Shown: piece after piece, positions 15,696-25,338 of the stretch
How positions within the stretch are numbered: position 1 is the first letter of the stretch
How the letters are laid out: each line of letters opens with the position of its first letter
Virus record (IMG/VR): IMGVR_UViG_3300028400_000006
Coordinates: 1,269 to 65,268 of that record
Strand: one strand, 5' to 3'
DNA: 64,000 nt
Source of the DNA: a virus
Lineage: Duplodnaviria > Caudoviricetes
The notes under the pieces: model-generated
Told to the model about the DNA's origin: nothing
The model's database searches: none
Seen by the model: the letters and a program-made list of their open reading frames with translations, nothing else
Program-made: the position numbers and the translations under genes

Positions 15696-17644
15696 TGAAC
15701 GTCGTAGCGCCGCTTGATCTCGTGTTGGATTTTGAGACTTACTGGGACAAGGACTACTCCCTGTCGAAGATGACTACGTACGAATACTTGCTTGACCCCT
15801 GTTTTGAAGTGCTTTCTGTGGCGGTTAAACAGCCAGGCAAAGCTGCCATCGCTGTAGGCGGCGCAGGTAAGGTGAAGGCGCTAATTGACGCTTTGCCGTG
15901 GGAGCGTATCCGTCTTATCGGCCACAACCTACATTTTGACGGCGCCGTGCTGAGCTATCATTTCGGCAAGGTGCCGAACCAGTATGTCGACACCATGGGC
16001 TTGGCGATGGCGCTGCTAGGTGGGCGCGTCAAGAATGCGTCCTTGCTGGAAGTGGCGAAGTTCTGCGGGATCGAGGCCAAGAAGCACTCTGGCATTCTCA
16101 AATCGACGAAGGGCCGTCGTTGGGGCGATCTGTCGAATGAGGAGCAGGCGGAACTCCTGCGGTACAACCGGGAAGACGTGGATGTAACCGCTATCGTTTT
16201 CGAGAAGTTGTGGTCCTTGTTTCCGATGGGGGTTGAGTTGGCGTCGATGGACTGGTCTACTCGAGCAGCGTGTAACCCGCAGCTGATGCTTGACGAAGAG
16301 ACGCTGGAAGAGGAGCTGCTAAACGTCAAGCGGGAGCGCCTGCGCGTGGTGGCCAAGGCCGGCGTGCCCCGCTCCACCCTGATGTCGAATGAGAAGTTTG
16401 CACAGTACCTCAAGGAACTCGGCGTAGAGCCGCCGACGAAGGTCAACAGCAAAGGCAAGGAGACGTGGGATTTTGCCAAGACGAGCGAGGCATTTCAGGC
16501 ACTGAAGGAGCATGAAGACGAGCGCGTGCGCGCCGCTGTCGAGGCACGTTTGACGGTGAAGTCGACGATTGCCGAAACGCGTGCTGCCAAGTTGTTGCGG
16601 CTAGCGAAGCTGGGTAAGCCTGTGCCGGCGCCGCTTTATTACGCTGGCGCCGTCAACACGTTGCGCTTCTCTGGCGCCGGCGGCCTTAATTTCCAAAACC
16701 TGCCAAAGTCGGGCCTCATTCGTAAGGCGATCCGCCCACAACCTGGCCACAAGTTGGTGGTCGTGGACAGCTCCCAAATCGAGCTGCGCATCTGCCACTG
16801 GCTGGCCGGTGAGCAGCAGATATTGGATGCCCTGCAGCAGGGACAAGATGCCTATTCCGAGTTTGCCTCGCATATTTACGGTGTGGCGGTAAACCCGAAA
16901 GCCTTCGAGGAAGATGACCCCCGCCACGCGGAGCATAAGCGCATGCGCCAGATCGGCAAAATTGCCATGCTGGCGCTGCAATACGGCATGGGGGCAGAGA
17001 AGTATCGCCAGACGGTGCTCAACTGGACTGGTATTGATCTCTCGCTTGATGAGGCGCAACAGGTGGTGAACGTGTTCAGGACACGTTTCCCGCGCATCAA
17101 GGGTCTATGGTACGCCATGGACGACATGCTGCGCCGAGCGGCGCAAGCACAGCCATTCCATGCGCAACCGCTAGGGTATGAACATATACCCATACACTTC
17201 TACGTGTCGGATGAGTGGCCGGCGATGGGTAATGAACTGCGGGGGCGTATGCCGACGGGTGTCGAGTTCAAGTATCCAGATCTGCAGCTCAATACGACGG
17301 CTGGGGAAATCACATACTGGCGCCCCTATCGTAAAGCGGGAACCGAGCAGCGCATGTATATCTGGGGTGGTGTTCTCGTTGAGAATTGCACGCAGGGGTT
17401 GGCAGCGCTTGTGCTTCGCAAGCAGATGGCGGGCATCATGCACACGTTGATGGAACATGCGCTGCCTCTAGAGTCGATGGTGCTGCAGGTGCATGATGAA
17501 GTCGTGCTGTCTGTTCCCGAGCAGTTGGCGGAGGCTATTTATCAGCAAGTGCTGGCCATCATGTCCGACGCTCCGGCCTGGATGCCAGGTTTGCCGTTGG
17601 CAGCGGAGGGCGCCATCGCCGACAATTATGGAGACGCAAAATGA
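15695..17644 (+). CDS. polA: Family A DNA polymerase with 3'-5' exonuclease
   Basis: ExoI LDFET, GHNLHFD, YNREDV; motif A VDSSQIELR; motif B RQIGKIAMLALQYG; motif C VHDEVV. Confidence 0.95.
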   Translation: MNVVAPLDLVLDFETYWDKDYSLSKMTTYEYLLDPCFEVLSVAVKQPGKAAIAVGGAGKVKALIDALPWERIRLIGHNLHFDGAVLSYHFGKVPNQYVDTMGLAMALLGGRVKNASLLEVAKFCGIEAKKHSGILKSTKGRRWGDLSNEEQAELLRYNREDVDVTAIVFEKLWSLFPMGVELASMDWSTRAACNPQLMLDEETLEEELLNVKRERLRVVAKAGVPRSTLMSNEKFAQYLKELGVEPPTKVNSKGKETWDFAKTSEAFQALKEHEDERVRAAVEARLTVKSTIAETRAAKLLRLAKLGKPVPAPLYYAGAVNTLRFSGAGGLNFQNLPKSGLIRKAIRPQPGHKLVVVDSSQIELRICHWLAGEQQILDALQQGQDAYSEFASHIYGVAVNPKAFEEDDPRHAEHKRMRQIGKIAMLALQYGMGAEKYRQTVLNWTGIDLSLDEAQQVVNVFRTRFPRIKGLWYAMDDMLRRAAQAQPFHAQPLGYEHIPIHFYVSDEWPAMGNELRGRMPTGVEFKYPDLQLNTTAGEITYWRPYRKAGTEQRMYIWGGVLVENCTQGLAALVLRKQMAGIMHTLMEHALPLESMVLQVHDEVVLSVPEQLAEAIYQQVLAIMSDAPAWMPGLPLAAEGAIADNYGDAK

Positions 17645-18312
17645 CCTTGAACGTGCCTAGCTGGTCCACGTCGACCATCGAGCTATACCACAATTGCCCC
17701 TATCGGTATTATCGGCAGCGGGTGAAGAAGGACGTGCAGGACAAACCGAACGAGTATGCGGAGTTCGGCACCTATCTGCACCAGCGCATGGAGGACCGGC
17801 TGCGTGAAGGACGCCCGTTACCGCAGGATCTTCTGGTGCAATGCCCGAAATTGGAGGACTATGCGCAGGAGGTTGAAGCTCTGCCGGGCGATAGGATGCT
17901 TGAGCATCAGATGGCCATTAATCGGGCACTTAAGCCGGTGGCGTGGTTCGCCAAGGATGCGTGGGGTAGGGCCATCGCCGACGTGTTGGTGCTGAACAAC
18001 GACGAAGCGTGGGTGGTTGATTGGAAAACAGGCAAACCGAAAGATAACCGCCTGCAATCACACATTCTCGCTTTTGTGGCACTATGCACGTTTCCAGCGA
18101 TACAGACATTGCATGCGTCCTTTGTCTATGTGAAGCATGGAGTGAAGAAGGAAGAAACATACCGGCGCGCCGATGACATGGTGTTTCTCGCGGACGCCAT
18201 TTCCGATCAGCTAGCGGATATTTCATTTAGCTTCGCTAATGGTGGATGGGGAAAGAAACCATCCGGTCTTTGCAAGTGGTGCCCTGTGGAGGAGTGTGAA
18301 CATCATGGCTGA
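17641..18312 (+). CDS. PD-(D/E)XK Cas4/RecB-like exonuclease
   Basis: NCPYRY, FGTYLH, IADVLV...VVDWKTG, C-terminal CKWCPVEEC. Confidence 0.9.
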   Translation: MTLNVPSWSTSTIELYHNCPYRYYRQRVKKDVQDKPNEYAEFGTYLHQRMEDRLREGRPLPQDLLVQCPKLEDYAQEVEALPGDRMLEHQMAINRALKPVAWFAKDAWGRAIADVLVLNNDEAWVVDWKTGKPKDNRLQSHILAFVALCTFPAIQTLHASFVYVKHGVKKEETYRRADDMVFLADAISDQLADISFSFANGGWGKKPSGLCKWCPVEECEHHG

Positions 18313-18973
18313 GCGGTGGACCAAGCAGATGGACAACCTGCTTATTGTGCTGCGAGAGCAGGGTTATTCTTTCAGCGCTATTGCGGCGGAATTCACCGCC
18401 GTTGGTATACCTCTCGGTAAGAATGCCTGCCTTGGGCGTTGGCGCCGCCTGCAAGAAGGTGGCGTAATAACGAGTAGTGGCTGTCGAACTACTTACAAAA
18501 AGTGGACGCCTGAAGAAGAGGAAAAATTGGTGTCGCTCCTTATGGACGGTATGACGATACCTGACGCCGCTGCTACGTTGGAGCGTAGCATAACAAGTGT
18601 CAGGTCTAAATGGGAAGAGCTTCGCACTCGTAATCCAGCTTTGGCCGCACGTAAAAAAGAAGCCGTGGCCAAGCGGAGTAGAACTCCGACCGCGAAGAAA
18701 AAAGCACCCAAGCCTCCTGCAATCATTCATGTTGAGTATGACAATACAGATCGTGGGCCTTGGGTGATGACGCCAGCGGAGCGCCGAGAAACTTATCGGG
18801 CAGCGCCGGCGACGCTGATGTATCTATCTGATGAGCATCACCTTCCTCCTGATACCGGCGAATGCCATTTCATTTTGGGTAAGGGAGATCAGTGGCGGTA
18901 TTGTCGTCAGCCGTGTACAGGCTCATATTGCGCCGAGCACGAAGAGGTATGCTATGGCGGTCAGACAAAATGA
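18305..18973 (+). CDS. gcrA: GcrA-like transcriptional regulator
   Basis: N-terminal WT...QGYSFSAIAAE...KNACLGRWRRL and C-terminal CHFILG...YC...YCAEH...Y match the two GcrA domains; an extra WTPEEEEKL Myb-like repeat. Confidence 0.75.
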   Translation: MAERWTKQMDNLLIVLREQGYSFSAIAAEFTAVGIPLGKNACLGRWRRLQEGGVITSSGCRTTYKKWTPEEEEKLVSLLMDGMTIPDAAATLERSITSVRSKWEELRTRNPALAARKKEAVAKRSRTPTAKKKAPKPPAIIHVEYDNTDRGPWVMTPAERRETYRAAPATLMYLSDEHHLPPDTGECHFILGKGDQWRYCRQPCTGSYCAEHEEVCYGGQTK

Positions 18974-19325
18974 GGCTTTAGTCAAGCGTAAAGTTCGCAA
19001 AGTCTTGAAGCAGTATGGAGGTGATGAGGCATGGTTCTGTTTTCCGGTAGCGGGACCATACGGGCGCGCTGGGGTGCCGGACATCCTGGCAGTGGTGAAC
19101 GGGATATTCCTGGCGGTGGAGACAAAGAGCGGGCGCAACAAGCCGACAGAACTGCAGAAGCAACAGCTGAGAAAAATCCGTATGGCCGGCGGTCTTTCTA
19201 TGGTGGTGAACGAACAGAACCTTCCCGAATTCGAGCGGCTGGTTCAGATGGTCGCATCGCAGCCTACGCAGGCGGCGTTGTCATACTTTCAGGGCCGATG
19301 GTCGAACTTGACCGAGTTGTTCTGA
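18954..19325 (+). CDS. VRR-NUC nuclease (Holliday junction resolvase-like)
   Basis: GVPDILAVVNGIFLAVETK...PTELQ...IRMAGG. Confidence 0.9.
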   Translation: MAVRQNEALVKRKVRKVLKQYGGDEAWFCFPVAGPYGRAGVPDILAVVNGIFLAVETKSGRNKPTELQKQQLRKIRMAGGLSMVVNEQNLPEFERLVQMVASQPTQAALSYFQGRWSNLTELF

Positions 19326-20905
19326 CTATCGATGGAGCGGCGCCGGCGACGCTTGGTGGCAAGCGCGTCGTGCTGATACGCCACGGCCCGGACGAAACGA
19401 ATGTCCTGCGTAACCTTGGGTGGGATATCGACTCACCGGCGCTACATGCGCAACAGGTTTATCGGGGGCCGTTTACGCCGTTTGCGCATCAGCTAGCAAC
19501 AGTAGCGTTTATGGTGCAGAACGAACGGGGGTTCGTCCTAAATTCACTAGGTAGTGGTAAGAGCGCCGCCGCTATTTGGGCCTGCAAACTACTGCGCCGC
19601 TGTCGGGAGCTAAAGATATCGCGTGGTGTTCGTGCCGCTCTTATCGTGGCGCCGTTATCGACGCTATGTGATGTGTGGGAAAAAGAGATTAGACGGTTGG
19701 ATCCAAGTGCCCGTATCCAGATTTTGCACAGCACAAAGCGTAAGCGGTTGGCGGCGCTAGGACAAGACGCCGAGTATTACATCATCAACCACGACGGCGT
19801 AAAAGTTTTACGTAAAGAGCTTGCTTCGCATTGGCTGATTGATGCGGTCGTTATCGACGAGGCGACGGCCTTCAAGAACACCCGCACTGATCGATGGCGA
19901 GCCATGAACGCCATCGTCAACAATCCGAAGCATCAGCGCCGCTGCTGGGCGTTGACCGGCACACCGATGGCGCAGTCGCCGCTGGATGTGTTTGGGCAAG
20001 TGCGACTCGTGCGGCCAGATAAGGTGCCCCGTTACATGTCGACGTTCAGGGATGCGCTGATGTTTCAAGTTAGCCCACATGTGTGGGTGCCGAAAGCTGG
20101 TTATTTGGAAACAGTGCGTAACGTTATGCAGCCGGCTATCCGGGTGGCGAAGGAAGATTGCGTCAGCTTGCCACCCATCACCTACGTCGACCGTATGGCC
20201 GATAAGACAAATGAGCAGAAAAAAGCCGAAGAAGCTCTGCTTAAGGAGTGGATGGCGGTCAAGGGTGAGCAGACCATCACGGCAGTGAACGCCGCCGTGA
20301 AGATGAACAAGCTGCTGCAAGTCTACCAGGGTGTCGTTCTTGATGACCAAAAGGAGCCGGTGGTGCTTGACGCAGCGCCTCGACATGCGCTAGTGTTGGA
20401 ACTGATAGAGGAAGCGGAGCATGATGTAATCGTTTTCGTTCCCTATCGTGGCGTCCTTGACAAGTTGTCGGAGACGTTGGCAGAGGCTGGTGTCGAACAT
20501 GTGGTGGTGCATGGAGGTGTCGGCAGTAAGGAACGGGACAAACGGTTTAAGGCGTTTCGTGAAGGTGATGCGCGGGTCCTGCTGGCCCACCCCCGCACGA
20601 CGTCTCATGGCTTGAGCTTCACCAACGCTGACGTTACTATCTGGTACGGTCCAGTGACGTCGGTGGAAACTTATCTCCAGGCCAACCAGCGTATGGCGCG
20701 GCCTGGCCAGAAACACAAGATGACGATTTTCCATGTTGCCGCAGATAGTCTGGAGCGGCGACTATTCAGCCGCCTTCGTGAAGGGGCGAATGTGCAAGAG
20801 GAGCTACTAGCTTCATATCGTGAACTGATGAGGTGCGATGATGACGACGGTGACAAACAAACTGGCGGAAGCGGCCCGGATTTACCGGGAGGCGAAGCGC
20901 ATTAA
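19298..20905 (+). CDS. SNF2/DEAD-like superfamily 2 helicase
   Basis: LGSGKS, VIDEAT, LTGTP, HGLSFT, QANQRMARPGQ. Confidence 0.92.
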   Translation: MVELDRVVLTIDGAAPATLGGKRVVLIRHGPDETNVLRNLGWDIDSPALHAQQVYRGPFTPFAHQLATVAFMVQNERGFVLNSLGSGKSAAAIWACKLLRRCRELKISRGVRAALIVAPLSTLCDVWEKEIRRLDPSARIQILHSTKRKRLAALGQDAEYYIINHDGVKVLRKELASHWLIDAVVIDEATAFKNTRTDRWRAMNAIVNNPKHQRRCWALTGTPMAQSPLDVFGQVRLVRPDKVPRYMSTFRDALMFQVSPHVWVPKAGYLETVRNVMQPAIRVAKEDCVSLPPITYVDRMADKTNEQKKAEEALLKEWMAVKGEQTITAVNAAVKMNKLLQVYQGVVLDDQKEPVVLDAAPRHALVLELIEEAEHDVIVFVPYRGVLDKLSETLAEAGVEHVVVHGGVGSKERDKRFKAFREGDARVLLAHPRTTSHGLSFTNADVTIWYGPVTSVETYLQANQRMARPGQKHKMTIFHVAADSLERRLFSRLREGANVQEELLASYRELMRCDDDDGDKQTGGSGPDLPGGEAH

Positions 20906-21257
20906 GGATGACCTCACGCGCCAGTACAAAGAGCGCGTGCGGGAGCTGGACAAGATTATTGACAAGGCCAAGGCCCGAATGCTCGCCGAGCTGAACAAGA
21001 TGGGTCTGAAGTCGGTGGCCCTGCCGGATGGCACAAAGATCCAGCGGGTCATTCAGGTCAAGCCCCATGTGATGGACTGGGAGGCGTTCCATGCTTTTGT
21101 ACTGGAAACCGGAGCGCTTGACCTGCTTCAGCGCAGAATTGCCCAGCGCAACGCCATCGAGTGGGCAAAAGAACACGACACCCTGCCGCCCGGTGTGCAG
21201 GTAGAAGAAGAGTATATCGTACGCGTGACGGCCAAGAAGGAGAGCGACAATGACTGA
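20838..21257 (+). CDS. Conserved phage replication-module protein (coiled coil)
   Basis: DWEAFHAFV...LDLLQRRI...LPPGV pattern is common next to SSB/PolA in such phages. Confidence 0.65.
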   Translation: MMTTVTNKLAEAARIYREAKRIKDDLTRQYKERVRELDKIIDKAKARMLAELNKMGLKSVALPDGTKIQRVIQVKPHVMDWEAFHAFVLETGALDLLQRRIAQRNAIEWAKEHDTLPPGVQVEEEYIVRVTAKKESDND

Positions 21258-22413
21258 CAACCAGAACCCCATCATGCAGGCACCGCAGCAGGGTACGGCG
21301 GTGGCACTTCCATCATACCTGCAGGATGCGCAGCAAAAGTTCGGCGGGCTCGACCTCGGTGGCGGCGGCATTCCACGTGTGAGCCTGCACAACAACAATA
21401 TCGCACTGGTGGTGAACGGCGCCATCACCCACTCGTTTGGCCAGTCGGCAGATGTCATTATCGTTGGCGCCATGCCGGGTGTGGGGCGGATGTATTACGA
21501 CCAACCCTACAACGCCGGAGGCGACGAAGTGGTGCTGCCGGCGTGCTGGTCGACGGATGGCAACAAAGCGCACGATGCGGCGCCGCGCTGTCCGTCGCCG
21601 AACCGCAGCTGTGCTGGTTGCCCGATGAACGTCGCCGGCAGCGCGTCTAACGGGCAGGCCAAGGCGTGCCAGTACGTGAAGGCGCTGGCGCTGGTGTTTC
21701 CGAACGATCCGAACCCCGGTACGGTCTATCGCATGTTGGCCAAGGGTGGCACGCTGTTCGGGCAGGACAACTCCGCCCAGAACCTCTTCAACCTGAAGAA
21801 CCTTTCGGCGTTCATGCAGACCCATAATGTGCCGCTGGGCGGTATGGTGTTTACCATGTCCATCGACGTGGCGTCGCCAACGCCCAGCAAGGTGCTGTTC
21901 ACACCGAAGGACTGGGTGCCGGAGGATTTCTACAAGGGCGTCCTGCAGCAAATCCCCGACGAAAAGGTCGACGAGGCAGCGTCGCTGGATTTCGAACGAG
22001 CGTGGGCTGCGGTGCAACAAAAGCAAGCGCAGCCGCAGCCGGCACAAGTCCAGCCACAGCCTGCGCAGCAGCCAGTTCAGCCGCAGCCGGTACAAGTCCA
22101 GCCACAGCCTGTGCAGCAGCCAGTTCAGCCGCAGCCGGCGCCTATGATGCAACCTACGGCCGAAGCTCCTGCGCAGGTGCAAGGTGCCAACGAGTACCCG
22201 CCGGCACCGCAAGCGGCGCCGGTGCAACCGCTGACGGCCACGCAGCCAGTTCAGCCACAGCCTGCGCAGCAGCCAGTTCAGCAACAAGATCAGCCGCCCG
22301 CTCCGGTCGCTCCTGCCGCCTCCGACCCGACCCCGGGCGAGCAGGTAGCGACGGAGGAAGACCTGTCTGCGCTTCTGCAGCGCTTTCAGGAAAAAGGAGC
22401 TGGGCAGCTGTAA
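21250..22413 (+). CDS. Putative ssDNA-binding/annealing protein with Cys motif and Pro/Gln-rich tail
   Basis: CWSTDG...CAGCPMN..GS...KAC motif; position between helicase and primase; acidic end of the tail. Confidence 0.65.
   Translation: MTDNQNPIMQAPQQGTAVALPSYLQDAQQKFGGLDLGGGGIPRVSLHNNNIALVVNGAITHSFGQSADVIIVGAMPGVGRMYYDQPYNAGGDEVVLPACWSTDGNKAHDAAPRCPSPNRSCAGCPMNVAGSASNGQAKACQYVKALALVFPNDPNPGTVYRMLAKGGTLFGQDNSAQNLFNLKNLSAFMQTHNVPLGGMVFTMSIDVASPTPSKVLFTPKDWVPEDFYKGVLQQIPDEKVDEAASLDFERAWAAVQQKQAQPQPAQVQPQPAQQPVQPQPVQVQPQPVQQPVQPQPAPMMQPTAEAPAQVQGANEYPPAPQAAPVQPLTATQPVQPQPAQQPVQQQDQPPAPVAPAASDPTPGEQVATEEDLSALLQRFQEKGAGQL
22030..22281 (+). repeat. Intragenic tandem repeats encoding QPQPAQVQPQPAQQPV
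   Basis: A 48-bp unit duplicated at ~22030-22125, plus a partial copy at ~22243-22281. Confidence 0.85.
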
Positions 22414-22415
22414 CC

Positions 22416-22460
22416 GTGGTGGGGGCGTGGACGCACGTCCCCACCACCCCGCGAGGGGTC
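22416..22460 (+). terminator. Tandem hairpins between the SSB-like and primase genes
   Basis: GTGGTGGGGGCGTG-GACG-CACGTCCCCACCAC followed by ACCCC-GCGA-GGGGT; no U-tract. Confidence 0.45.
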
Positions 22461-22467
22461 GGGTTCG

Positions 22468-25338
22468 ATGCAAGCGATAAATTTTCTCAGGAAGATCCTA
22501 CCGGAAGCGGGGCTTTATTGCCTTGCTGTGCTTAGTGGTGGAAAGTTCCGCCATATCTGGTTTACCGATGTGGCGGCGCTGGCAACGCAGGCGGCGCATG
22601 TATCACAAGGTGATGTTTACTTCGCCATCGCTGCATTCGGTGAGCAACGTCGTCGCCGTGCATCAGTTCGATCCCTGCGCTGTTTCGCCTTCGATATTGA
22701 TGTGGGAAAGGAGGGTGGTTACCAGACAAAGAAAGAGGCGCTGGCGGCGTTATTGGCGCTAGTTGAAAGTAAGGCCCTACCGCACCCATCCTTCGTTGTT
22801 GATAGTGGTGGCGGGTTTCATGTCTATTGGCGACTGGATCGTGATGTTACGGTGGATGAATGGCTCCCCCGTGCGCGCTATCTGAAAGCTCGCCTAAAGG
22901 AATTGGATCCAAAACTTGCTATCGACACCGCACGCGTCGCTGACGCCGCCGGCGTCCTCCGCGTTCCTGGCACTCTCAACCACAAACGTGGTGCTGTTGT
23001 GCAAGTGCTAGTGGCGACGGAGCATGCATACTCTCTTGATGATTTCCCTCCTGATAAAACATCACGCGCTTCTGATAAGTTTAGTCGGCCACAATACATT
23101 GTAGGTGAATATGACGGCAGCTTGGCGGCTTGGCCGGATGAAGAAGTGCCGTCAGTACGAGATCTCTTTAAGGCTTGTGCTCAATTCAAAGATGCGTTCC
23201 AGCACCAAGATAAGGAGGGATACGATGCGTGGTGGTGTTCCATTCAGCTTTGCGCGTTCACCAAAGAAGGAAGCGCGGCGGCCCATGCAATCTCATGCCA
23301 GTATCCGGGTTACTCCGAGCAGGAAACAACGGAAAAATATCAGCAGGCTGCGCACTCCCGAGCCGAAGGCGTGGGGCCTGTTACCTGTGAGCGTTATGCA
23401 GCGGCAAGGGGAAGGGAAACTTTGTGTCGATCTTGCCCTTTCGCCGGTGTTTCTTCGCCGCTCGTTGCAGCGCGACGGTTGGCCAGGCGACATGCTGAAA
23501 AAGCGGCGCTGGATACGCCGGCGGCGCCTGCTCAACAGACTCAACAGCAAACGCAAGAAACGGAAACGCTGAACCCGCATGCTATCGCCGCTAAGCTAAG
23601 TAACCTCGCCGGCGTCAAGTTCTATTTTGACGTTTCTACCGGCAAACTTCGCATGCGCACCGAGGGCGCCACTGCTGGCTCCATCATCGATTACGACGCG
23701 GCGCCGCGCTTGATGTTTGTGCGAGAAGTCATTGATGGCGACGACCCCGCCGCCATCGTTGTTGAGCTTGATGAGTCCGGAACGAGGATTGCTCGGGAGC
23801 GCCCCGTCCCGTTACGGGCGTTTGGTCGGACACAGCAAATGTCCATGGTGATGGAAGCGTTTGGCTATACTCTTCCCCGTGGGTCCCAGCATGAGAAAGG
23901 CTACAAGGCGTTTATTGGTGCTCTAGCGGCGCAAGTGAATGAAACATTCGCTCGCCGCAGTAGTGTGACCCGTATGGGGTGGACGCCGAAAGGATTTATT
24001 TTGGGGTCTACGCTGATTACGAAGAACGGCGCGAAGGACCTCGTGGTGCCACCGTCGTTGCAGCGAGTGACGGACTTGTTCATCGCCAGGGGCGACGCGC
24101 AGGAACAGCTGCGACTTGTGCAGCGCATGTTCAACCTACTGACGCCGCATGCGTCGCTGGCGCTGCTGGCGGCGCTGGCGTCGCCTTTGATGGCCTTCTC
24201 GGGGGTCAATGGCCTGTTCATTCATCTTACCGGCCCCAGCGGTAGCGGCAAATCTACATTGCTTGAGATCGGCAGTTCGTTCTGGGGACAGCCGATGGCA
24301 GCGCACTTCACACCGTACGATACGGTGGCCGCGCGCGAAACGCGGCTGCACATTTATCACAACCTGCCAGCCCTTATTGATGAGGTCACGCCATTGCTGC
24401 GTGATACGGATACGGCTCAAAAGTTTATTTACGCTGTGACCAACGGTGAAGGCTATCATCGCGCCAAACGTGATGGCAGCCTGCAGCGGCCAGCCTCTGG
24501 TTGGCGCCTGATATCCGTAACCACTGCCAACCGTTCTATGAGATCGGCCTTTGGTGGGGGTGGCGAAGTAGACGAAGCCCTGCTGTTGCGCATCTTAGAG
24601 ATGCGGATTGAACGTTCAACGTTGGAGAAGGATGAGTATTTGTCGGAAGCGCAACAGATAATGGCGGGGCTGGAAGAACATTATGGCCATGTTGGTCGGC
24701 TGTTCATCCAGCGTGTATTGCAACGCCGAGATTGGGTAGAGCAAAAAGTGCGGCGCTTGACGCAAGAAGCGAATGCGCAATACTCACAACAATACCGGTT
24801 TATCAACGCCGGCCTTGCTTGCGTCGAAGTGGCTGGTGAGATCCTGGCAGAGATGGGAGTGCACGTGAACATGGACCTCATTCGACAGATTGGAGATAAG
24901 CTGCGCAACGCTTCGAAGGAAGTGCGGCGGCAGATTAAGGAAGAAAACAGCGCTCGCAAGAAGGCGGCAGCCATCGTCACGTGGTTCTCCGCACGCGCCG
25001 CCGTGTTCCGCAAAGCAGATGCAAACTCCATGTCCGTTGGTAGCATCCTGGATGGGTGGGTGTTGGAAGCGACGCAACGCGCTGGCACAATGCCCGAGGC
25101 CAGGTTGCTCATGGGTGATGGCTGGGCGAAGCTCATCATCCCAACATTCCACCTGCGCCGTTTTGTTGAACAGCAGTTCGGAATAGAGTATTTGTCGTTT
25201 ATGGAAGAGCTGCGCAATGAAGGTATTCTGGCCGGCGACGGCCAGCCGTTCTTGTGCGACTACCTGGATGGAGTGCCGGATCAGAATGGCAATGTGGCGC
25301 CGCATCCACCAGTTGAATGCGTAGCTATCGTAATTTAG
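22468..25338 (+). CDS. Primase (RepB/AEP-like) fused to a DUF927 helicase
   Basis: FAFDIDVG, VDSGGGFHVYW, LRVPGTLNHK; Cys cluster; Walker A GPSGSGKS; PALIDE. Confidence 0.88.
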   Translation: MQAINFLRKILPEAGLYCLAVLSGGKFRHIWFTDVAALATQAAHVSQGDVYFAIAAFGEQRRRRASVRSLRCFAFDIDVGKEGGYQTKKEALAALLALVESKALPHPSFVVDSGGGFHVYWRLDRDVTVDEWLPRARYLKARLKELDPKLAIDTARVADAAGVLRVPGTLNHKRGAVVQVLVATEHAYSLDDFPPDKTSRASDKFSRPQYIVGEYDGSLAAWPDEEVPSVRDLFKACAQFKDAFQHQDKEGYDAWWCSIQLCAFTKEGSAAAHAISCQYPGYSEQETTEKYQQAAHSRAEGVGPVTCERYAAARGRETLCRSCPFAGVSSPLVAARRLARRHAEKAALDTPAAPAQQTQQQTQETETLNPHAIAAKLSNLAGVKFYFDVSTGKLRMRTEGATAGSIIDYDAAPRLMFVREVIDGDDPAAIVVELDESGTRIARERPVPLRAFGRTQQMSMVMEAFGYTLPRGSQHEKGYKAFIGALAAQVNETFARRSSVTRMGWTPKGFILGSTLITKNGAKDLVVPPSLQRVTDLFIARGDAQEQLRLVQRMFNLLTPHASLALLAALASPLMAFSGVNGLFIHLTGPSGSGKSTLLEIGSSFWGQPMAAHFTPYDTVAARETRLHIYHNLPALIDEVTPLLRDTDTAQKFIYAVTNGEGYHRAKRDGSLQRPASGWRLISVTTANRSMRSAFGGGGEVDEALLLRILEMRIERSTLEKDEYLSEAQQIMAGLEEHYGHVGRLFIQRVLQRRDWVEQKVRRLTQEANAQYSQQYRFINAGLACVEVAGEILAEMGVHVNMDLIRQIGDKLRNASKEVRRQIKEENSARKKAAAIVTWFSARAAVFRKADANSMSVGSILDGWVLEATQRAGTMPEARLLMGDGWAKLIIPTFHLRRFVEQQFGIEYLSFMEELRNEGILAGDGQPFLCDYLDGVPDQNGNVAPHPPVECVAIVI

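Noticed and set aside
17641-18312. CRISPR-associated cas4
   Set aside because: Stand-alone Cas4-like nucleases are routine in phage replication modules; no cas1/cas2 or array
21313-22473. 386-aa minus-strand ORF with LNWLLRRLW repeats
   Set aside because: Antisense reading of the Pro/Gln repeat gene
22414-22475. tRNA suggested by GGTTCGA
   Set aside because: No T-stem closure, acceptor stem or cloverleaf; the GTTCGA runs into the primase ATG
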